Below, one piece after another: positions 37,561-47,994 of a stretch of DNA of 64,000 nt. The stretch's first letter is position 1; each line of letters opens with the position of its first letter. Position numbers and translations under genes: made by a program. Under the pieces are notes generated by a model. It did not search any database. It was not told the DNA's origin and worked only from the letters and a program-made list of their open reading frames with translations. The stretch covers positions 9,226,184 to 9,290,183 of the forward strand of contig OZ316895.1 in assembly GCA_973895155.1 (NCBI GenBank), read 5' to 3'. Origin of the DNA: Marsupella aquatica. Lineage: Eukaryota > Plantae > Marchantiophyta.

Positions 37561-38978
37561 ACATCAGGCTCAAAATGAGTATTGGAAAACCCCCAAAAAT
37601 GCACTAGTGCTAGTTATTGTTGTTGAATTAGAGCACGGACTTGAGATATTTCTTTTTGCACTGACATTATGTAATGGCAAGAGAAAGGAATATGGCAAGG
37701 AGGAGGGAAGAACCACTTCAATTTGGGTTACCACTCTTTTTTAAAGTTATTCCTTCTTCAACCTGGAATGCTCTTCTGTCCTTAATGAGGATGTTAAAGG
37801 AAGAGAAGGTAGTCTAGAAAAATGAGAAGGGATCCCATTAATTTTGTCACTGTCACAAAGAGGAGAACTTGCAGATATGCCACCAAGGAGAACCGCCAGG
37901 CTCAATTAGAATACATACCTTCAAATTGTTTACAAACATTGAGTGTTAGAGGCAATGGATGCCATGATTGGAAATCTTGAAGACAATCAAGATTGGGGAT
38001 AAGGAAGCACGTTCTTATGGATTATGAAGATAAATCATTCTAAGAACTGGCCATTTTTGAAGGAAATTACTTTCTTGTCAAGCTGATGCTGTCCTATTTC
38101 CAGAAAGGATTGCATGACCCAAAAAGGCAAGGTTGAAGATTGAAGACTTGAGTTAAGTTGGACACATACACTCTTGCAATAAGATACAGCCGCGGAACTC
38201 GACTACCTTAACACTTAGCTCCGGCGTCGCTGACTCCGACGCCGAGCTCCCTTATGGTCCAGGCCCGGATAAGCCATCCGGGGAGGACTTAGCATGGGGA
38301 GACTTGTGGGCAATGAGACGTGGCACTGGCGAGGCAAGGGGCCAAGCTGGGGACACAAACTAAGGACTAGCCTATGGCTGGTCGGGTCAAGGGGAAATGG
38401 GCCGGGCTCAAGAATGGCCGTCCGGACTGTCGGATGGACTTTGAGTTCTGAGGGCTTGGGAGTGAGCTCCTCTTGGGCCCAAGGCCAATGGAGTTGACGC
38501 CATTGGCAACGAGTTGGGGCCTGATCCGGGTTGGGCCGATCAAGGGCCCGAGCGGCAATCAGACCGGAGGGCCTAGGCATGAGCACTGGGTCAGCCCGGT
38601 CACAACAGGCTAAGTCACTCCGCTAGCGGATGCCTATCAAGAAAGTTATGGGCGTTGCCAGTTGGTGGCGCGCCCATTATGCGCGATGGGATCCGGGTTG
38701 GGGGCCAAATGTTTAGGGACCAAAGCTAATCCGGGGGTGGCAGGTCTCCATAAGCATATATGAGGGGAGTGGTGTCTCTCTGGGGGCTAAGGGCGAGCCA
38801 AAGTCGTGAGCCGCGGCGGTCGCGACACTAAGGGAAACCGCCAAACGGAAATGGCGATATCTTCCCAACGGAAAGTCTGTTAGAGGACTTCTTGGGTTCG
38901 TTGGAAAGCTCTTGAGGAGGGCTCAGATGGGTTCGGTGGTGCCATGGGTTCTCATGGTTTGCGGGTGTTAGCTCGCCC

Positions 38979-40365
38979 TGTGGTATGGGTGTCCCTGCAA
39001 TTTTTTCTGGAAACTTGTTTATTTTTAGCATATCACAAGATTTACTTACACTTTAGACACCTTCCGGCCAACATTTACTTGTTCTGGACACTTATAGAAA
39101 TATTTGACATCTCCGGCTTTCCTGACGATTCCTAGTGTACTTTGCCCGACGCTGTGACCAGCGCCCGTTTCTTTTACTCAAGACGCTGCGGAAGCGTCCA
39201 ACCTCCTCATGACGCTTTTGGCAGTGCCCGACCGCCACCAAGACTCTATGAGGATTTCGACCGACGCTGTGGAAAGCGTCAGCTTCAACACACGACGCTG
39301 TGAGCAGCGTCCACCCTAGTATTGACGCTGTGAGCAGTGTGAGCAGCGTCCGTTGGTTTTACTTAAGACGCTTCTAGCAGCGTCCAGATTCTCCCGACGC
39401 TTCTAGCAGCGTCCGCTCAACACTTAGTTTTTGAAGTAGATTACTAGTAAAGTAGTATTCTACCACCCTTGTTGAAGTACTTATGCTGTGCTTCTCCCTT
39501 GTTTAGTTTTAAGCTTGGAAAGGCACGACTGTTCTTACCTCCTCCATTTTAGGATTCCAGCACTTATAAGACAGAGTAGAATGCTCATTTGAAGTAGAGA
39601 GAAATAGAGTTAATACTGTATTCAGAATTGAGTCTTCTGAATAGTTTTCTCCTCCTTCCATTGTAACAAGGCATGCTGTGAGTGTTTTGTATGGAAGTAA
39701 AGCTATATTGATTGAAGTTAAGATTGAATTCAAGAGATTCCTGTGGTGATTGAATTCAGTTGCAGATTTCTGAAACTCGTATTGAATTCACTGCTAGGCT
39801 TGCTTGCAGAGTCGGGATTCGCTAGCCAATTCAAGAATAGTTAATGATAAATGAGAAGTAAATTCTGATTCTCAGAGTAGTTAGTACTGTTGCTTTGATT
39901 CTGGAATATGGTTTAGAGTTTGACTGAATTGCGTATCGCTGATGTCAAACCATGTTGACGGCATTTTAAATCATATCATTCATTTGCAATCAGAAAGCTT
40001 CTGCTTCATCAGATTGAGAATTCCATTATCATTAACCTTTGTGTTTTGAAGAGTGAGATGGATGAATTATGAGATAGATTTCATGTCTATACTGAGCCCA
40101 AATCCTTTCTGAAGGAGTGGCAGTAGCTTGTAGTCTCTAAATCCTTACTCATTTCTTCTCTAATTCATAAATCAGAAGTTCAGTTACTTTGTTGTTTGTT
40201 TATTCGATTTTTTTATTGAGAAGTGAAGTCAACATAGAGCTCAAGACTCTAAATCACTCGGAGTGATAAAAGTTATACAATTCATTCTGAAATCTGTTCT
40301 TAAAGGGATCGAAACCCTGGTTTTAGGTGAGGAGAGTCACTTTTGATACTTAGCACTATACGACA
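38979..40365 (+). repeat. 5' LTR
   Basis: TGTGGTATGG...TATACGACA; repeated at an offset of 11076. Confidence 0.97.
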
Positions 40366-40371
40366 TCTTTT

Positions 40372-40389
40372 TGGCGCCGCTGCCGAGGA
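40372..40389 (+). promoter_or_regulatory. Primer binding site (tRNA-Asp type)
   Basis: TGGCGCCGCTGCCGAGGA, 6 nt after the 5' LTR. Confidence 0.8.
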
Positions 40390-41583
40390 ACGAATTTAAG
40401 ATTGAATTGACGTACAGGCAGTGTATGCCAGAAGGAGCTAGACGGGAGAGGAATTCACGTTCTACTATAATTGTGAAGATGCGTCATCACTCCAGTTAAA
40501 AAGATGAAGAGCTTCCATTTCGAGGTGATGCCGTACTCTATCCAAAGCACCCCGGAAGCTCTCTTAAGAGTATTGGAAAAATTTGTGGTGCCAAACTTAA
40601 GAGAAGAAACCGCCCTCCCACCAGAAAAGGCCTCACAGAGAGGAGCTGTTGCTCGTCAAGTTGCTTTGGAGATAGTCGAAGACACCAAAGACACTTTGAG
40701 TGACAAGTGAAGTTATTCTAACGTTGCTCGGGACGTATGATTTGTAAAATTGTCCAACCATCCTGGTTCGTGTGACCGATGCCACCTATCCGATCTTTGG
40801 GAACATTAAGAATTAGGAATTTGAGGAATCGTTATGTTAATTCTTGGGTTCTGAGCCTGAGAGGGAGGAATGGCATACATTGGTTAACTATCACCTGGTG
40901 GGAAGATGAAAGTTTGCATTTAGTAATATTAAGGCTGAATGGTAGGATCACACAGGAGTGATATTTAGTCATTTCCATTCGGGAGTTAGCGGAAAGAATC
41001 ATGCACCAGGAATTGCGTAGAAGATTAGGAAGGAGTTAGACGTCTGATTAGTAGGATGGCCTAGTGTAGCGTACCATGTGGTAAAGAAATTTCAGGGTGA
41101 AGGAAGTCGGAGATTATGGGGAACGCCCGGTTCCAGTAATCGCCACCGTAAAGGAGATAAGGAAGGACGCCGCGAAGAGCGTCCAATGCGATTCGTCCCA
41201 GAAGATTCCGCAAGTCAGGACGCTTCGAGTAGCGTCCGATCCCAGTGGACGCTGTGAGCAGCGTCCGGTGGAATCTGTGACGAACCAACGTGCGCGACGC
41301 TTCTGGTGTGCCTTTCCGCGTCTCAACCTGAAGGACGCACCAGAGAAAACGAGGTTTTAGAATCTCGGCTGGTCACTGAAGGGAAGTATTAGCTACGGGA
41401 TAGCAAGGGGGAGGAATCATGCAAGGGATGTTGAACGACGCTACGGGAAGTCACTTTGAGGAAGCAGGTTCATATCTCCCGGAGTGGGGTGATAACGTCG
41501 CACCTAAATGGTGACTCCTTGCATAAAGACTCCTGAGGAGCGGGTCTGGTGTCTCAAAATCACCCGTGCTTGGAGAATGAGGG

Positions 41584-44500
41584 ATGTCTGAGGGAGATCC
41601 ACCGAATAAAAGAAAACCTACCAAGACCTCCAGTAATTCGGATGCTGCAAAATTAGTAGTGACCCCTCGCACATTGTTACCCGAATTCCAGTCACCAGGA
41701 GCACCTGCACCGGGTAGTGTGTGGAAACAAGTGGGATCTATTCAAGAGGCAAGTGGCTCTTTGGAAAGGCCCACGTCGACCCGACCCCTGTTTGTAAATC
41801 TTCGTTCAGGTCCAAAACTTATTGGTTCTCAAAAGACCAAGCTCCGCCAGCAGACAGTACGTTCGGTGAACCAAATTGACTCTGGTGTGGATAGTACCAC
41901 TGAGAGGGCCTTATCTCATACCGAAGGAAGAAATTTGGGTTTGCCCGAGAATACAGTTGCAGAATCGCTGGCCCAAGATAATTCTGTCGATCTTTCACAA
42001 TTGGATAATCCAGAACCACTGAGTGAAGCCGGTGGTTCGTCTTCTAGTGAGACAAGCAGCAGTTCAGGCTTGGGCAGCCCAAACCCATTTGCTACCCGAT
42101 CAGCTCTTCCTTTCGTTACCCTCCTAGCTCCAACCACGATGGCTCGAAATAATGTGAGGTACGACCGGTTCTTCGGTACTTCCAAGGAGGATGCAGAGGT
42201 GTATTTGAAAGAATTTGAAGCTGCAGCTGCATCCAATGGACAGAGTCAAGACGCTGAAAAAGCCAATCTGTTTGGTGGTCTAATGAAAAAGGGTGCTCAG
42301 AAATGGTATGACCGTTTTCCGGACAAGCAGGATTGGGGGAAATTGAAGGCTGCTTTCTTGGCCAAATATAAAGAAGAAGGAGCAGCTGCGCGTGCCTTTG
42401 CCCGAATCTCACATCTGCACATGAAGAAACATGGGTCTGTGAGGAAATATGCCGACAAATTATTGGATTTGGTAGATCAATATAATCCAGCTACCTCGAA
42501 ATCTACTATCAAGGACTGGTTTATTAACGGTTTACCCTCCAGGATTGCTCGTTACGTGAGACGAGAAGGTGGCACCACTTTGGAAGAAGTACAAGAGGCA
42601 GCCCAGAAGTACGTAGACTCGGAGATTTCAGAGAGAAAACGAGTTAAGAAGGACCTGAAGAAAGACAAAAGAAAGAAGAAGAAAACGTCCAGGTCTAAAT
42701 CTGACTCGGAGACGGAATCAAGTGGAAGTAGCACTAGTGAGGAGGACGAGAGTACAAATTCGAGCACTAGTGATAGTTCAAGCTCAAGTTCCGACTCAGA
42801 ATCCGTTGCTCCTAAAAAGAAGAAATCCTCTGTAAAAGGGAATAATAAAGTTCCCAACCAGAAGAAGATGGATCGCATGATGGAAGAACTCTCTGGCCAA
42901 TTGTCCAAGTTGAATGTCAATATCGCCGCGGTAAAACCAGTACGAAGGTTGCCTGCTCCCATGAGAATGAACGTATGGTGCACCCGATGCAGTCAGCAGG
43001 GCCATTACCCGAACGAGTGCCCCACATTACGAACCCCGGTGAATTATGTAGATGGTCAAGAAGAGGCTGAGGAGTATGAGTACGATCCCACGTATACCGT
43101 CCAAACAGCACCCCCTGGACAGTATTTCCCACCACCTCCTGCTTCCAGACCGACTTGGGGACCACCTAAGCCCACTTTCAATAAACCAACGTCAAGACCA
43201 CCCATGGGACCCCCGGGAGGATACCCACCACGAGGAATGCCGCGTCAAAAAGGGGCTTGTTGGAATTGTGGCCAACCTGATCATTATTCACCCCAGTGCC
43301 CTTATCCCAAACAGGAGGTGGGGTATACACCTGTCTGTGGGAACTGTGGAAAAGAAGGACACTTACCGGTGGAATGCCCGAATCCGGCTAAGCCTAGGCT
43401 GATGGTTCGATTTGCTCAAGAGCCAGTTAAAGAAGCAAGTCGACCTGAAGCCAAGATTCGGATGGTTTATTCTGAAGAGATGGAGCAATGCAGCTTCATT
43501 CAACATATGGATGTAAATCGGGTGGAATTAAAGCCAGATTCACTTTTTCATCAACCAGTATCCGGGGTGGTGCCTGATGTCTTGGTAAGTCATTTAGTGA
43601 AACCTGAAGTAGTTGGTATGCCGAATGATCGAGTTCAGAATCGGGATAAAGTTCTGACTAATATTTACGCAACTACTCGTTCGAAGAAAAAGGAGACCAA
43701 GAAGCACGAGCATCAGAAGGTCGCGAAAGCTCCCAAGGATGAAGGGCGCAAGCCATGTAAGGAAGGCCTCGACAAAGAAGACGACCCTGCTTATGACCGA
43801 TATGACCCAAAATACTTCTTGCCCGACATCTCTTTGGAAGTGAAAGACCATCTGGAAGAGCTAGTTAAGGAGCAAGTGCAATCTCCTAACCCACCAGTAG
43901 TAGTCAAAGCTAAAGAGCCACTGAAAAATCCAGGTTATGATATTGTTGAAGATGTCAAGAATCATCCTGCACATATCACCATTGGGGAATTATTACAGGA
44001 CAATCCGGTTTATAGGCGACAGCTGAGGAGCCTCCTTGCAGGAAAACGGAGGAAGAAGAAGTTACCTTCGGTGGATGTGCTACGAACAGAGTGGGAGGAC
44101 AAAGGACCGATGGAAATTGAGGTTCAAATCCAGGGGTGTGTCATTCGGAGAGTTCCTGTGGATGGAGGAGCCAGCGTTAATCTGATTACACAGTCAGCAG
44201 CATTTAATTTGGGTTTCACTAAGTTTGAGCCCACTCCCAAGATTTTGCGCATGGCGGATCAGTCTCGTGTGGTACCCATAGGGAAGCTGACCAGAGTAGA
44301 AACTTTGATTGCTGGTGTCCCTTTTCTGTTGGATTATGTGGTTATTAATCCGGAAATACCATCCAGCTTTCCTGTTTTGTTAGGCCGACCATGGTTGTAT
44401 AAGGCTCAAGTTCAGGTTAATTGGCAATCTCAAGAGCTTTCATTTGGGAAGCCTAAGGTGACTGTTAGTTGGGTTCCGGAACCACATTTTGGAGAAACAC

Positions 44501-44637
44501 AAACAGATGATGGGTACACCTCGGATTTTTCGACCTCTTCGCTAGTCCTGCAGCCATTGGAATTTGAACTGGAGGAAGTTCGTTACTTGGAAGTTTATCT
44601 GTCTGATGCTCCCATAAAACCAACTAGGCCCTCCTGA
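41584..44637 (+). CDS. gag: Gag plus aspartic protease (1017 aa)
   Basis: Retrotransposon gag core (AQKWYD..WGKLKAAFL..FINGLP); three CCHC knuckles; protease VPVDGGASVNLI..VLLGRPWL. Confidence 0.95.
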   Translation: MSEGDPPNKRKPTKTSSNSDAAKLVVTPRTLLPEFQSPGAPAPGSVWKQVGSIQEASGSLERPTSTRPLFVNLRSGPKLIGSQKTKLRQQTVRSVNQIDSGVDSTTERALSHTEGRNLGLPENTVAESLAQDNSVDLSQLDNPEPLSEAGGSSSSETSSSSGLGSPNPFATRSALPFVTLLAPTTMARNNVRYDRFFGTSKEDAEVYLKEFEAAAASNGQSQDAEKANLFGGLMKKGAQKWYDRFPDKQDWGKLKAAFLAKYKEEGAAARAFARISHLHMKKHGSVRKYADKLLDLVDQYNPATSKSTIKDWFINGLPSRIARYVRREGGTTLEEVQEAAQKYVDSEISERKRVKKDLKKDKRKKKKTSRSKSDSETESSGSSTSEEDESTNSSTSDSSSSSSDSESVAPKKKKSSVKGNNKVPNQKKMDRMMEELSGQLSKLNVNIAAVKPVRRLPAPMRMNVWCTRCSQQGHYPNECPTLRTPVNYVDGQEEAEEYEYDPTYTVQTAPPGQYFPPPPASRPTWGPPKPTFNKPTSRPPMGPPGGYPPRGMPRQKGACWNCGQPDHYSPQCPYPKQEVGYTPVCGNCGKEGHLPVECPNPAKPRLMVRFAQEPVKEASRPEAKIRMVYSEEMEQCSFIQHMDVNRVELKPDSLFHQPVSGVVPDVLVSHLVKPEVVGMPNDRVQNRDKVLTNIYATTRSKKKETKKHEHQKVAKAPKDEGRKPCKEGLDKEDDPAYDRYDPKYFLPDISLEVKDHLEELVKEQVQSPNPPVVVKAKEPLKNPGYDIVEDVKNHPAHITIGELLQDNPVYRRQLRSLLAGKRRKKKLPSVDVLRTEWEDKGPMEIEVQIQGCVIRRVPVDGGASVNLITQSAAFNLGFTKFEPTPKILRMADQSRVVPIGKLTRVETLIAGVPFLLDYVVINPEIPSSFPVLLGRPWLYKAQVQVNWQSQELSFGKPKVTVSWVPEPHFGETQTDDGYTSDFSTSSLVLQPLEFELEEVRYLEVYLSDAPIKPTRPS

Positions 44638-44643
44638 CAATTA
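44635..44643 (+). promoter_or_regulatory. Candidate stop-codon readthrough signal TGA-CAA-TTA
   Basis: A single in-frame stop between gag-PR and RT, followed by an exact CARYYA hexamer. Confidence 0.75.
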
Positions 44644-47610
44644 ACTTCATCATCGGAAGTGGGCCCAGCAGCAGACGAACCTCCTAATACTGAGGCTAAT
44701 AGGGATTTACACCATGATATGGGAATGTCAGCTACCCTTGAGCCATTTGCACCAGAAGTATCCAAACTTGGACTTCAGCCGGCAAACCTCACGGATGGAA
44801 TTGTGGATCCAAAAGCTTGTCAGAAAATCGAAATTGAGCCAGGCAAGTTTTTGAATATTGGTAAGCATATCGAAGGAGAGCTACGGGAACAGTATATCAG
44901 TTTATTAACCCAGTATAAAGATGTCTTTGCCTGGAGTCATTCTGATTTAAAAGGTATCCATCCACATTTGGGCGAACATCGTATTGACCTTATGGAAGGA
45001 GCAGTACCTGTCCGACAGAGACAGTACCGTTTGAATCCCAAATATTCCATCCTGGTTAAAGACGAGTTGGACAAGCTCACGACTGCTGGATTTATCTACC
45101 CGGTCTTGAGTAGTGAATGGGTCTCACCAATTGTCATTGTCCCCAAAAAGCCGGGACCCGATGGTAAAACGAAAATTCGCGTTTGTCAAGACTTCCGGAA
45201 GTTGAATGCTGCCACTCGGAAAGATCATTATCCTTTGCCATTTATTGATCTGGTACTTGATTCAGTGGCCTTGCATGAGTTATACAGTTTTTTAGATGGG
45301 TACTCTGGTTATAACCAGGTGTCCATTCGGAAGGAGGATCGCGACAAGACTACGTTCACCACCGACTGGGGTACATATGCATTTACCATGATGCCTTTTG
45401 GGCTGTGTAATGCCCCGGGTACTTTTCAGCGCATTATGATGATTATTTTTCAAGAATATTTGCGGCATTTCATGGAGATTTTTATTGACGACTTTTGTGT
45501 TTACGGGTCAGCGGCTGAACACCTCGTCCATTTGGAGAAGACATTTCAGAAGTGTAGAGAGGCTCAGTTGTGTCTTCATCCAGAAAAGTGCTTTATTGGT
45601 ATGAAGGAGGGAATTTTGTTAGGCCATGTTATTTCACAACGCGGCATTGAGGTTGATACAGAGAAGGTTAGAGTAATTATGGAGTTGCAACCACCGACCG
45701 ATTTAAAGCAGCTTCGTGCTTTTCTGGGACATGTGGGGTATTATCGTCGGTTCATTTATAAACATGCTAATATTGCCTTACCCTTAACCCAACTGTTAAA
45801 AAGTGATGTGGAATATACATGGAATGAGGAGCGGCAGCAAGCATTCCAGTTGCTCAAGGATCGGTTAATCTCTGCACCTATTTTGTCACCCCCAGATTGG
45901 ACTAAGAAGTTTCATGTCTTCATTGACTCTTCTGCGTTCTGCATTGGAGCTAATCTCAGTCAGAAGGATGTGGAAAACCGTGACCATCCAATTTACTATG
46001 CCAGCCGCCAAATGAGTGCAGCCGAGAAAAACTACTCCGTCACTGAACGGGAAGCTTTGGCCATCGTCTTTGCGTGTAAGAAATTTCGTCACTATTTGTT
46101 GGGGTATCAGGTTACTTTTCACACTGATCATAATTCCTTAAAATATTTGGTTAACCAAGTGGATCTCTCAGGACGAGTAGCCCGCTGGGTTTTACTACTC
46201 CAAGAATTTGATTATGAAGTTCATGTCCGACCTGGCAAACATCATGAGAATGCAGACTTCCTATCTCGGTTACCTGGTCCGGAGAATCAGCATAATCTCT
46301 CCGATGAATTTCCTGACGAGCATTTGTGGCACATTGAAGGGGAGTCTTCTCGATATTTTAATATTGTGCACATGCTGCTTCATGGAACGTTCCCTGAAGG
46401 CTTTAATGCGGAAGAACGAGCTGTCTTTGCTCATAAGGTGGGTCCCTATACCATTATTCGGGGCACTTTGTTTAAACAAGGTCCTGATCAACAATTGCGA
46501 CGTTGTCTAGAGGATAGGGAACTTCCCCAAGTAATTGAAGCTTTACATTCAGGAGAAACCGGTGGGCATTATGCAGTGAATACCACAGTTAAGAAAATTT
46601 TGGATGCTGGATACTGGTGGCCTACTATGCATCGAGATACTTACAATTTTATTAAGACCTGTGATCCCTGTCAAAGGATCGGGAAGCCCACTGCTAGTTC
46701 CAAATGGCCTCTTACGCCTATCCTTCCGTTGGCACCATTTGAGAAATGGGGGATTGATTTTATTGGCCCAATTTCTCCAGCAGCTCGGAAAAGCCGAAGC
46801 AAATATATTATTCTGGCCACTGATTATGCCACCAAATGGGTAGAGGCGAAAGCTACTCGCAAGAATGATGCTATAACCGCAGCTGCATTTCTCTTTGAGC
46901 ACATTATCACCCGGTTTGGTTGTCCTTTGGAGTTGGTAAGCGATAGGGGTTTGCATTTTCTTAACTCAACTATTGAGTTAATCACTGACCTTTATCTTAT
47001 CAAGCATCGCAAAACTACTCCTTACAACCCCCGAGCTAATGGCTTAACCGAGAGAGCTAATGGCATTATGGGCAAGATTCTGAATAAAATGGTAGAATCT
47101 CACAAGACAGATTGGGATGTGAAGCTCCATTCTGCATTATGGGCTTACCGCACCGCTGAGAAGATTACAACTCTTCACACCCCCTTCTATCTGACCTATG
47201 GCCTGAATAGTATTATTCCAATAGAATTTTCGTTACCAACGGAACGTATCTTGGTACCACACCGACTCTCTCCTTCAGATAGTCTCTCACATCGGTTTTC
47301 CAATATTGTTAAATTAGAAGAAGTTAGACTTTTAGCATTAGACCATACAGTCACCATTCAGAACCAGCGTAAACTTGCTTATGATAAGAAGCTGCGCGTA
47401 GTGCAGTTAGATGTTGGTGATTTAGCATTAGTCTTTGATTCTCGTTATATGCTATTTCCTGGGAAACTTCATACTCATTGGATTGGTCCTTACCGAGTTA
47501 CACACATCTGGGATAATGGTTCAGTTTCATTGACTACCTTAGATGGTCACCCACTTAACACTAGAATCAATGGGTTTAGGATTAAACGGTACTATGAGTC
47601 TTCCATTTAG
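44638..47610 (+). CDS. pol: Pol: RT, RNase H, integrase (in frame with gag-PR)
   Basis: RT LDGYSGYNQ, MPFGL, IFIDDF; RNase H FIDSS..TEREALA; integrase H..GH..CDPC, GIDFIGP, VSDRG, GLTER and a GPY module. No chromodomain. Confidence 0.96.
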   Translation, partial: QLTSSSEVGPAADEPPNTEANRDLHHDMGMSATLEPFAPEVSKLGLQPANLTDGIVDPKACQKIEIEPGKFLNIGKHIEGELREQYISLLTQYKDVFAWSHSDLKGIHPHLGEHRIDLMEGAVPVRQRQYRLNPKYSILVKDELDKLTTAGFIYPVLSSEWVSPIVIVPKKPGPDGKTKIRVCQDFRKLNAATRKDHYPLPFIDLVLDSVALHELYSFLDGYSGYNQVSIRKEDRDKTTFTTDWGTYAFTMMPFGLCNAPGTFQRIMMIIFQEYLRHFMEIFIDDFCVYGSAAEHLVHLEKTFQKCREAQLCLHPEKCFIGMKEGILLGHVISQRGIEVDTEKVRVIMELQPPTDLKQLRAFLGHVGYYRRFIYKHANIALPLTQLLKSDVEYTWNEERQQAFQLLKDRLISAPILSPPDWTKKFHVFIDSSAFCIGANLSQKDVENRDHPIYYASRQMSAAEKNYSVTEREALAIVFACKKFRHYLLGYQVTFHTDHNSLKYLVNQVDLSGRVARWVLLLQEFDYEVHVRPGKHHENADFLSRLPGPENQHNLSDEFPDEHLWHIEGESSRYFNIVHMLLHGTFPEGFNAEERAVFAHKVGPYTIIRGTLFKQGPDQQLRRCLEDRELPQVIEALHSGETGGHYAVNTTVKKILDAGYWWPTMHRDTYNFIKTCDPCQRIGKPTASSKWPLTPILPLAPFEKWGIDFIGPISPAARKSRSKYIILATDYATKWVEAKATRKNDAITAAAFLFEHIITRFGCPLELVSDRGLHFLNSTIELITDLYLIKHRKTTPYNPRANGLTERANGIMGKILNKMVESHKTDWDVKLHSALWAYRTAEKITTLHTPFYLTYGLNSIIPIEFSLPTERILVPHRLSPSDSLSHRFSNIVKLEEVRLLALDHTVTIQNQRKLAYDKKLRVVQLDVGDLALVFDSRYMLFPGKLHTHWIGPYRVTHIWDNGSVSLTTLDGHPLNTRINGFRIKRYYESSI

Positions 47611-47994
47611 AATTCCACCTGGGACAGGTTGCAATTTAAGTGGAGGGCGGTAGTTATACTTAGTTAGAATTAGTGACCCTCCCTAGTAAGTATTCGGCAT
47701 ATTTTTTTTAATTTTTTTTAGTTACTTTCAGTTTTTACATTGGACGCTGTGAAAAGCGTCCATTGTAACTCGACGCTGGGGAAGCGTCCACTTAGTTTAC
47801 AAAGGACGTTGTGCAGAGGTCCGCTTTTGTATTAGTTCAGTTGCATGAGACGCTGTGAGCCGATGACTAGGCATCTTGTACAATGGCGGATTGCGACAGC
47901 TCAACGGGACGCTGAGGAGTAAGCAGTCGCGCTTCGCCCTAGTTCACTATGGAACACGATTCTCACTGAGCTTACGGAGCTAACAAGTCACGCG

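Larger units (their letters stand above)
3791..37609. mobile_element. CACTA (En/Spm)-bounded unit, 33.8 kb including nested elements; no own transposase visible
   Basis: Left end CACTAGTATATTTTTGG; right end reverse complement CACTAGTGCATTTTTGG. The 3-bp TSD CTA is at 3788-3790 and 37610-37612. ATCCGAT/ATCGGA subterminal repeats lie at both ends. Confidence 0.9.

Noticed and set aside
37877-38085. MPPRRTAR gag-like start continuing the old Gypsy
   Set aside because: Plausible from position but too short and degenerate to call.
39509-39733. 74-aa ORF duplicated at 50585-50809
   Set aside because: Antisense ORF inside the LTR, duplicated only because the LTR is; no motifs.
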